A stretch of 32,000 bases of DNA from contig NZ_CP007496.1 of NCBI RefSeq assembly GCF_000803625.1, forward strand, positions 1-32,000, written 5' to 3'. The stretch comes from Candidatus Nanosynbacter lyticus (GTDB lineage Bacteria > Patescibacteriota > Saccharimonadia > Saccharimonadales > Saccharimonadaceae). The translations under genes were made by a program, and so were the position numbers. Shown in pieces: positions 17,478 to 23,090 of this stretch. Numbering within the stretch: the first letter of the stretch is position 1; every line of letters starts with the position of its first letter. The notes beneath the pieces were generated by a model. That model was not told the origin of the DNA. It worked only from the letters and a program-made list of their open reading frames with translations, and searched no databases.

Positions 17478-17487
17478 GTCATGGTAA
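17458..17487 (-). promoter_or_regulatory. Promoter-like TTACCA-18-TGcTATAAT, 8 nt upstream of the VirB6-like B ATG
   Basis: Minus-strand reading is TTACCAtgacaataccgcatatgcTATAATgcaagcatATG. The -10 box sits in the loop of the 14-bp hairpin. Confidence 0.4.
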
Positions 17488-17498
17488 GATTAGTGACC

Positions 17499-18374
17499 CT
17501 AAGACCACCATGCTTTTTTTTCTACACCGAATGTTATCTCGTTAAGTTCAATCAGATGTTGAATGTTCGACGTATTAACTTCTACGGACATATTAATAGG
17601 ACTGGCTTCGAAGTCCTTATTATTTGATGGCACAGTTATGGTTGCTCCACTTGCCTCAAATCTAACAACTGAATCTTTCGTTCCTTTAGAATTATTGACT
17701 GCGATAGGTTGTTTACTTACTCTCAGTATTTCAGTGTAGTCATAATAAAGCGATCGCTGTTCAACGGTACAGAGTTCCTTTTTGCATGTAGGAGATGTTG
17801 GGTTTGAAGCTGCCCAAAGCTTTCTTATTGCTTCTTTGAATTTTTCTAATTCTTCAGTCTTTTCCGGATTAAACATAGCCGTAGCTAGATTCATTGCCCT
17901 TGTGTAGTTTGCGTCATCAGAATGATCAACACTAAGCATTTGAATTAGTCGGATTATTCTCAATGCACTCCAAGCTGTTTTCTTTGTTACTGGATCAAAA
18001 ACAGGCTCTTCACCGTTATCATAGTTATTTCTAATAAACTGATCTAAAATTCCTACCAAGTCTTCTCTAGAGGCATTCTTGTCGTCTAAGATACTCAGAT
18101 CAATACCTTCGTAATTCCAGTCTTTTAGGGGTTTTAGCATTTCTTCAACATCAGTCTTTCTTGAGGCTGGTGTTTTATCTGGCGACAACTCTGGTGCTGG
18201 ACTCTGAGTTTCTTGCGCTGTAGATGTTGTGATGTCTGGAGTTGGTTCGCTGTGAGTCTCTCTATTACATCCCGCCACTCCAAATGCAAGTGCTGCCGTG
18301 CCAATTAGTGCCATTATTTTTTTTGGTAGTTCTGAACCGCTTGGGTTATTAAGCTTATTGGGACTATAAACCAT
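17499..18374 (-). CDS. Putative lipoprotein, first gene of the T4SS-like cluster
   Basis: 291 aa. Lipobox-like AFGVAGC after a hydrophobic stretch, followed by a P/T/S-rich linker and a globular domain. No recognisable catalytic motif. Confidence 0.6.
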   Translation of the reverse strand: MVYSPNKLNNPSGSELPKKIMALIGTAALAFGVAGCNRETHSEPTPDITTSTAQETQSPAPELSPDKTPASRKTDVEEMLKPLKDWNYEGIDLSILDDKNASREDLVGILDQFIRNNYDNGEEPVFDPVTKKTAWSALRIIRLIQMLSVDHSDDANYTRAMNLATAMFNPEKTEELEKFKEAIRKLWAASNPTSPTCKKELCTVEQRSLYYDYTEILRVSKQPIAVNNSKGTKDSVVRFEASGATITVPSNNKDFEASPINMSVEVNTSNIQHLIELNEITFGVEKKAWWS

Positions 18375-18451
18375 AACGCTTGGGGTCCTTTCTCTGGCAT
18401 TGCCAGGTGTAATTTATAAATCTCCTTAGGTTCATTGACCTAATTGCCGAT

Positions 18452-18480
18452 ATAATAACATAAAAATTAAATAAATGCAA
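18452..18480 (-). promoter_or_regulatory. Promoter-like TTGCAT-17-TATTAT upstream of the lipoprotein gene / T4SS cluster
   Basis: Read on the minus strand, the -35 element is at 18480..18475 and the -10 element at 18457..18452. This implies a leader of about 70 nt that contains the palindrome CTGGCATTGCCAG (18394-18406). Confidence 0.4.
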
Positions 18481-18502
18481 TAGTTATAGCTGGCAATTAT
18501 AA

Positions 18503-18524
18503 TAAAAAACACCCTGTTAGGGTG
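18503..18524 (-). terminator. Rho-independent terminator after tRNA-Asp
   Basis: Minus-strand reading is CACCCTaacAGGGTG followed by TTTTTTATT, immediately 3' of the tRNA. Confidence 0.55.
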
Positions 18525-18534
18525 AAAATATCTG

Positions 18535-18612
18535 TGGCGCGCCCGACCGGATTCGAACCGGCGATCTCCTCCGTGACAGGGAGGCGTGATAGGCCAACTT
18601 CACTACGGGCGC
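18535..18612 (-). tRNA. tRNA-Asp (anticodon GUC), CCA encoded
   Basis: The reverse complement folds as a cloverleaf. Acceptor GCGCCCG/CGGGCGC, anticodon stem CCTCC/GGAGG with loop CTGTCAC, T-arm GCCGGTTCGAATCCGGT, 3' GCCA. Confidence 0.93.
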
Positions 18613-18626
18613 ACATTGCAGTTTAT

Positions 18627-18655
18627 ATACTAACAGACTACCTACATCTTTTCAA
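18627..18655 (-). promoter_or_regulatory. Promoter-like TTGAAA-17-TAGTAT for tRNA-Asp
   Basis: Minus-strand reading is TTGAAAagatgtaggtagtctgtTAGTAT, ending 14 nt before the tRNA 5' end. Divergent from the pilin promoter. Confidence 0.4.
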
Positions 18656-18677
18656 GGAAAATATTTGCTTTTTTCGC

Positions 18678-18706
18678 TTGACTATTTTACAATTTCTGTA
18701 TAAGAG
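18678..18706 (+). promoter_or_regulatory. Candidate promoter of the pilin array (TTGACT-17-TAAGAG, or TATAAG with a 15-nt spacer)
   Basis: Sequence is cgcTTGACTattttacaatttctgtaTAAGAGaaatttttATG. The -35 is good, the -10 is weak, and no clear SD precedes the ATG at 18715. Confidence 0.3.
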
Positions 18707-18714
18707 AAATTTTT

Positions 18715-19086
18715 ATGACAAAAAGAAATATTATAATCAGTATATTTATAGCAACAGTAATCGCAGGAAGTGTTTTTATACCCAGAATAGCTTTGGCTGC
18801 CAACTGTGGTGGCGCGGAAACCTCTGTTATTTCTTGTGAAGGCGAAGGTAGCACGGCAATTATCAACATAATCAAGCAAGTTATCAAGATCTTAACTGCT
18901 GGTGTTGGTGTTGCTGCTTTTGGGGCTGTTGTATATGGTGCATTTTTATATACTACGTCTGAAGGAAGTCCAGATAAAGTAAAAAAAGCCCGAGAAGTTT
19001 GGATGAATACGGTTATTGGGTTGTTGATGTTTGCATTTATGGTGGCTATTACCAACTTTATCATTCCAGGGGGAGTTTTTAACTAA
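18715..19086 (+). CDS. VirB2/TrbC-like T4SS pilin paralogue P1
   Basis: 123 aa. Signal peptide ...IPRIALA/AN, Cys pair NCGGAETSVISC, then two hydrophobic helices separated by the loop YTTSEGSPDKVKKAREVWMNTVIGL. Confidence 0.7.
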   Translation: MTKRNIIISIFIATVIAGSVFIPRIALAANCGGAETSVISCEGEGSTAIINIIKQVIKILTAGVGVAAFGAVVYGAFLYTTSEGSPDKVKKAREVWMNTVIGLLMFAFMVAITNFIIPGGVFN

Positions 19087-19505
19087 TGAAAAATATTATA
19101 ATTGCAGCATCTTTAATTGTAGTTGGTGCTTTTGGTGCTAATATTGTTATATCTGAAACTTCTTCTGCGGCCTGCTCTGATGGTAAGATTATGACTTTAA
19201 AACCTTGGTATGATGGCCTGTTGGATGGTGATTGTAATGTTAAATCCCCTGGCGATAATACAGACTCACAAGCCAATTTTATTTGGAAGATTGTCCTAAA
19301 CATAATAGAAGATCTCTTGCAGGTTGTTGGTTATGCTACAACTGGGTATATTATGTATGGCGGCTTCCTTATAATGACCAGTAATGGCTCTTCTGATAAA
19401 GTAGCTCACGGACGAAAAACAATCATGAATGCAGCGATTGGGTTGGTTGTGGCTTTATCATCAGTGGCAGTTGTTAGTTTTATATCATCAAATATAGGAA
19501 TATAG
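19086..19505 (+). CDS. VirB2/TrbC-like T4SS pilin paralogue P2 (divergent)
   Basis: 139 aa. Start overlaps the P1 stop as TAATG. Signal-like N-terminus and a Cys pair (ACSDG...GDC). Helix-loop-helix with IMTSNGSSDKVAHGRKTIMNAAIGLVV. Confidence 0.65.
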   Translation: MKNIIIAASLIVVGAFGANIVISETSSAACSDGKIMTLKPWYDGLLDGDCNVKSPGDNTDSQANFIWKIVLNIIEDLLQVVGYATTGYIMYGGFLIMTSNGSSDKVAHGRKTIMNAAIGLVVALSSVAVVSFISSNIGI

Positions 19506-19506
19506 T

Positions 19507-19788
19507 ATGAAATATTTAGAATTTTTTGCTGGATTATTAGGTAGCGCTAGCGAAGTCGGAGTACCAGACAATCAAGTTGACATTATGGTTATTGTTAACT
19601 TCATATTCAAAATAGCTGGTATCGTAGCGGTTATTGTTATAGTTATTGCCGGCATAAACTATTCACTGTCTTCTGGTGACCCGGCAAAAACCGCTAGCGC
19701 AAAAAATACAATTTTATATGCCGTTATTGGCCTGGTGATTATCTCTAGTGCTATTGCTATAACAGGTTATATTATAGGAAAGGTTTAG
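19507..19788 (+). CDS. VirB2/TrbC-like pilin paralogue P3 (short, no obvious signal peptide)
   Basis: 93 aa. TAGTATG junction with P2. Conserved core INYSLSSGDPAKTASAKNTILYAVIGLVI. Confidence 0.65.
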   Translation: MKYLEFFAGLLGSASEVGVPDNQVDIMVIVNFIFKIAGIVAVIVIVIAGINYSLSSGDPAKTASAKNTILYAVIGLVIISSAIAITGYIIGKV

Positions 19789-19789
19789 T

Positions 19790-20170
19790 ATGAGAAATAT
19801 TACAAAAATTTTGACCGTCTGCATGGTTATGATTGGAATGTTTAGCGCATTCGCTCCTGTAGTTTCTGCTGGTAACGGTATTGATATTTGTGCAGGTGAT
19901 GGCTCTGGGTCAGTTTACTGTAATAATAAATCTGATGGTGAAGGTAAAGTTAATGGTATCATAGGCAGTATAGTGCAAGTTTTATTAACGGCAGTTGGTG
20001 TAATTTCGGTCATTATGATTGTTATCGGTGGGATTATGTTCGCAACTTCTAGTGGTGATGCTCAGAAAACAGCAAAAGCCAGAAATACTATCTTATATGC
20101 TGTCATTGGTTTGGTTGTTTCAATATTTGCTGCAGCAATTGTTAACTTTGCGTTTAGTAATTTTAAGTAG
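19790..20170 (+). CDS. VirB2/TrbC-like T4SS pilin paralogue P4
   Basis: 126 aa. TAGTATG junction with P3. Signal peptide ...APVVSA/GN and Cys pair ICAGDGSGSVYC. Core GGIMFATSSGDAQKTAKARNTILYAVIGLVV. Confidence 0.75.
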   Translation: MRNITKILTVCMVMIGMFSAFAPVVSAGNGIDICAGDGSGSVYCNNKSDGEGKVNGIIGSIVQVLLTAVGVISVIMIVIGGIMFATSSGDAQKTAKARNTILYAVIGLVVSIFAAAIVNFAFSNFK

Positions 20171-20178
20171 GAGAAAAC

Positions 20179-20559
20179 ATGAAAAAAACAGTATTATCGA
20201 TAGCATTAATGATTTGTATGGTCTTTGGAGTGTCAGCCCTGCTGGCTACTTCCCCTTCTGGTAGTGTTTCTGCTCAAGTGTCAGATGGTATTGACATAGC
20301 TACTACTCCAGAAATGAAAGGCAAGCAAATTGAAGGTAAGGGTGGCTTAATACAAACTGTCGTTAATGTTTTATTGTGGGTTGTAGGTGCCTTATCTGTT
20401 ATTATGATTATTTTTAGCGGTATCCGTTATGTTACTTCAGCTGGTGACGCTGCAAAAACTAAAGCTGCACAGAATTCACTTATTTATGCAGTAGTTGGTC
20501 TGATCGTGGCTATTTTCGCCTGGGCTATCGTTAATATGGTCATCGATAAGTTTGTCTAA
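20179..20559 (+). CDS. VirB2/TrbC-like T4SS pilin paralogue P5
   Basis: 126 aa. SD AGGAG. Signal peptide ...GSVSA/QV. Core SGIRYVTSAGDAAKTKAAQNSLIYAVVGLIV. C-terminus AWAIVNMVIDKF is shared with P6. Confidence 0.75.
   Translation: MKKTVLSIALMICMVFGVSALLATSPSGSVSAQVSDGIDIATTPEMKGKQIEGKGGLIQTVVNVLLWVVGALSVIMIIFSGIRYVTSAGDAAKTKAAQNSLIYAVVGLIVAIFAWAIVNMVIDKFV
20522..20550 (+). repeat. 29-nt exact repeat, copy 1 (3' end of pilin P5)
   Basis: tgggctatcgttaatatggtcatcgataa is identical to 20963-20991. The flanking coding sequence is clearly more divergent by eye. Confidence 0.9.
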
Positions 20560-20572
20560 AAACATAATAGTT

Positions 20573-20601
20573 TTGCAAATAACAGAGAAAAATGTATAAT
20601 A
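20573..20601 (+). promoter_or_regulatory. Internal promoter-like TTTGCA-17-TATAAT ahead of pilin P6
   Basis: Located in the 70-nt P5-P6 gap and followed by the strong SD AAGGAG and the ATG at 20630. Confidence 0.4.
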
Positions 20602-20629
20602 ATAACATCATTAAAGAAGGAGAAATAAC

Positions 20630-21010
20630 ATGAATAAATTGAAAATGATTCTAGCTGGACTGCTAATTGTGCCGACAATCTCTTTGGCGGTAGCTCCAGC
20701 TGCAAATGCTGCTGATTTTACATTAAGGGGTGGAATTGACAGTGCACAAGGAGAGGGTGTAGATAAGGTTAATTCTAGTCCTGAGAGCCTAGTTAAGCAG
20801 TTTGTTAATATATTCCTATTTGCAGTCGGTGCCTTAAGCGTTATTATGCTTATTTGGGGTGGTATTCGTTACACTACTTCAGCTGGTGATAGCAATAAGG
20901 TTACTTCAGCTAAGAATACGGTTCTATACGCTATTGTTGGTCTAGTCGTCTCTATTTTGGCTTGGGCTATCGTTAATATGGTCATCGATAAATTTACTTC
21001 AGGATCATAA
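20630..21010 (+). CDS. VirB2/TrbC-like T4SS pilin paralogue P6
   Basis: 126 aa. SD GAAGGAG. Signal peptide ...APAANA/AD. Core GGIRYTTSAGDSNKVTSAKNTVLYAIVGLVV. C-terminus AWAIVNMVIDKF. Confidence 0.75.
   Translation: MNKLKMILAGLLIVPTISLAVAPAANAADFTLRGGIDSAQGEGVDKVNSSPESLVKQFVNIFLFAVGALSVIMLIWGGIRYTTSAGDSNKVTSAKNTVLYAIVGLVVSILAWAIVNMVIDKFTSGS
20963..20991 (+). repeat. 29-nt exact repeat, copy 2 (3' end of pilin P6)
   Basis: Identical to 20522-20550. Similarity resumes after both stop codons (cataatagttttgcaaa versus cataataagttttgcag). Confidence 0.9.
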
Positions 21011-21026
21011 TAAGTTTTGCAGTTAG

Positions 21027-21058
21027 AAAAAAGAACCTCGCTAATGAGGTTCTTTTTT
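21027..21058 (+). terminator. Rho-independent terminator of the pilin array
   Basis: AAAAAAGAACCTC-gctaat-GAGGTTCTTTTTT, 16 nt after the P6 stop. Confidence 0.8.
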
Positions 21059-21064
21059 CTAATC

Positions 21065-21097
21065 AAAAAATACCGCCAACCTGTGGCGGTATTTTTA
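21065..21097 (-). terminator. Rho-independent terminator of hsp20 (convergent with the pilin terminator)
   Basis: AATACCGCC-aacctgt-GGCGGTATT with a T-run on the minus strand (complement of AAAAAA at 21065-21070). Confidence 0.7.
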
Positions 21098-21108
21098 GCT
21101 AAATAATT

Positions 21109-21600
21109 TTACAGGACCTGAATCTTCTTCGCCTTCTCTTGTTTTATCTTTTCAAAGGTAATTGTCAAAACGCCATCTTTCAACTCCGCCTTTACACCCT
21201 CTTCATTAACGGCTGTAGGCAATGCTAATGTGCGGCTAAATTCGCCCCAGTAACACTCCTGAATGTGCCATTGGCGTACGTCAGCTTCATCACCACTAGA
21301 TAACGTGCCGCTAATAGTTAAGATTCCGTCAGAGATACTTACGTCTAAGTCGTTGCGATCTACTCCAGCAGTACGAGCTTTAATGATTAAGTCGTTCTCT
21401 GTTTCAAAAACGTCAACAGCTAATTGACCCATTAGATCGTCAGCTTCATCCTCCCAGTTGTCTTCAGCTGGTGCTGCTGGAGCTGGACTGCTGTTGCTGT
21501 CATCGTTAAGATTAGGTAGTAGCTGATCTGTATCGTCAATAAACGCTGCAGCCAACTCATCTTCTGTTAGTAATATGTTATCATCTTGTTTTCGGGCCAT
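21109..21600 (-). CDS. Hsp20/alpha-crystallin family small heat-shock protein
   Basis: Alpha-crystallin domain LAVDVFETENDLIIKARTAGVDRNDLDVSISDGILTISG...GEFSRTLALP...AELKDGVLTITFEK. The ATG at 21600 is preceded by GGAGGA. The ORF-track GTG at 21612 lies inside that SD. Confidence 0.88.
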   Translation of the reverse strand: MARKQDDNILLTEDELAAAFIDDTDQLLPNLNDDSNSSPAPAAPAEDNWEDEADDLMGQLAVDVFETENDLIIKARTAGVDRNDLDVSISDGILTISGTLSSGDEADVRQWHIQECYWGEFSRTLALPTAVNEEGVKAELKDGVLTITFEKIKQEKAKKIQVL

Positions 21601-21704
21601 AATTTCCTCCACTTTTATAATAGGCTCATTGACAAAGTCCTTATTAGTATAACTATAATATGCGGTATAATCAACAGTGAAAGGTGTAAAACGTAAAAAT
21701 TACA

Positions 21705-22379
21705 ATGTTTGATGCACTATTATCTATTATTGCTCCGCACTACTGTTATAGATGTCATAAAATAGGTGGTATTTTATGTAAAGATTGTAAAAAATACATC
21801 ATAAGTCAGAAATACGATATTTGTGTATTGTGTGGTCAGTCCTTAAAAAATGGAAACTTGTGCAAAAAGCATAAAATCTCCTGTGATATGATCTGGTGTT
21901 TTACGAAAAGAACTGGCGTGGTGGCTAAGATAATTGATAATTATAAGTTTAACCGGGTACAAGCTGCTGCTGATCTGTTGAGTGAATTTTTGAATAATAT
22001 TCTGCCCCCTCTCCCGAAAGAGACGGTTATTGTGCCAATACCTACAATCTCCCAAAATATTCGTCACCGCGGATTTGGCCATATTGAAAAGATAGCTAAT
22101 AAGCTAGCTAGGAATAGAAAAATAGAGTGTAGACCCCTGCTTCGACGAAGAAATAATGTCACTCAGCACTTTACTAAGTCTTCGCGCCAGAGAAAACGTC
22201 AAGCAAAGGATTTCTTTGAGCTAAGTGGTTCGGTAGATAAAAATCGTCGATATATAATTATTGACGATATTTTTACGACTGGTTCAACCGTGTTGGCGGC
22301 AGCTGAATGCTTAAGAAAAAACGGCGCTGAGCATGTAGAGATTGCTGTCATTGCCAGGCATGGTCGTCCGAAATTATGA
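21705..22379 (+). CDS. comFC: ComF-family phosphoribosyltransferase-domain protein (ComFC-like)
   Basis: N-terminal Cys4 zinc-finger pattern CYRCHK...CKDC...CVLCG...C. C-terminal PRTase motif YIIIDDIFTTGSTVLAAAECL. Confidence 0.8.
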   Translation: MFDALLSIIAPHYCYRCHKIGGILCKDCKKYIISQKYDICVLCGQSLKNGNLCKKHKISCDMIWCFTKRTGVVAKIIDNYKFNRVQAAADLLSEFLNNILPPLPKETVIVPIPTISQNIRHRGFGHIEKIANKLARNRKIECRPLLRRRNNVTQHFTKSSRQRKRQAKDFFELSGSVDKNRRYIIIDDIFTTGSTVLAAAECLRKNGAEHVEIAVIARHGRPKL

Positions 22380-22826
22380 GTGGTGATACTGGCTGCCGCG
22401 ATAGATTTCTTGAGCACGATACAGTTGTTCAGCTAAGATTAGCCGGACTAGCTGATGTGGAAATACTAGATTTGATAGAGACCAGACAACGTTAGATTTT
22501 TGGCGTAAATCATCGTTAACCCCATAAGCCCCTCCAATAATAAAAACAACATGCTTATTTATATGACTGCTAATTAGATTTGATAATTCCGGTGATGATA
22601 AATTTTTACCGCGTTCATCAAGCAGGATAATAAAATCGTCTGAACTAAGACGTGTAAGTATACGCTCTGACTCTTCCTGACGTGCTCTGTCGCCTTCAAA
22701 ATTTGAATGTGGTATAATCACCATCTCAGTGGCAAATGGCGGCCTGAGGCGCTCTAAAAAACGAAAAATGCCTGGCTGAATCCAGGCTTCATGTTTCTTC
22801 CCGATTGTTATAACGGTTATTTTCAT
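22374..22826 (-). CDS. rlmH: 23S rRNA (pseudouridine1915-N3)-methyltransferase RlmH (SPOUT)
   Basis: 150 aa. MKITVITIGKK start, IIGGAYG motif, and C-terminal FPHQLVRLILAEQLYRAQEIYRGSQYH, the typical RlmH/YbeA ending. Confidence 0.88.
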   Translation of the reverse strand: MKITVITIGKKHEAWIQPGIFRFLERLRPPFATEMVIIPHSNFEGDRARQEESERILTRLSSDDFIILLDERGKNLSSPELSNLISSHINKHVVFIIGGAYGVNDDLRQKSNVVWSLSNLVFPHQLVRLILAEQLYRAQEIYRGSQYHHS

Positions 22827-22835
22827 AAATATTTA

Positions 22836-22923
22836 TGGCGGAGAGAGAGGGATTCGAACCCTCGATGAGTTGCCCCATACCGCTTTTCGAGAGCGGCCAG
22901 TTCAACCACTCCTGCACCTCTCC
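22836..22923 (-). tRNA. tRNA-Ser (anticodon CGA), long variable arm, CCA encoded
   Basis: Reverse complement is GGAGAGGTGCAGGAGTGGTTGAA...CCGCT-CTCGAAA-AGCGG...GAGGGTTCGAATCCCTC...GCCA. Confidence 0.9.
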
Positions 22924-22935
22924 ATAAAGCTTAAT

Positions 22936-23012
22936 TGGTACACCCGGCAAGATTCGAACTTACGACCTCTGGCTCCGCAAGCCAGCGCTCTATCCAGCTG
23001 AGCTACGGGTGC
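22936..23012 (-). tRNA. tRNA-Arg (anticodon GCG), CCA encoded
   Basis: Reverse complement is GCACCCGTAGCTCAGCTGGATAGAGCG-CTGGC-TTGCGGA-GCCAG-AGGTC-GTAAGTTCGAATCTTGC-CGGGTGT-ACCA. The anticodon loop reads U-U-G-C-G-G-A. A20 is present in the D-loop. Confidence 0.85.
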
Positions 23013-23090
23013 ATACAGCCTTTCGGAAATCCGATTGGCCATAACAAAAATATAAAGAGCTTTCTCCGCCTGGAAGCGGTGAACTTCTGT

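Noticed and set aside
18394-18406. Possible sigma-54 promoter (TGGCA...TTGC)
   Set aside because: The GG and GC elements are adjacent rather than separated by the required spacing of about 5 nt between TGGCAC and TTGC. The palindrome reading fits better.
18522-18839. 105-aa plus-strand ORF, with minus-strand ORFs at 18682-18879 and 18687-19064
   Set aside because: The first runs antisense through tRNA-Asp and the divergent promoters. The others are antisense to pilin P1, which has a coherent signal-peptide and helix-loop-helix architecture shared with six paralogues.
2689-21010. Interpretation of the T4SS plus pilin region as an integrative conjugative element inserted at tRNA-Asp
   Set aside because: No integrase, excisionase, relaxase, coupling protein or repeated tRNA 3' fragment is visible. 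tRNA-Asp sits inside the region between the cluster and the pilins rather than at a boundary, and dnaN abuts the other end. This cannot be fully excluded without the whole genome.
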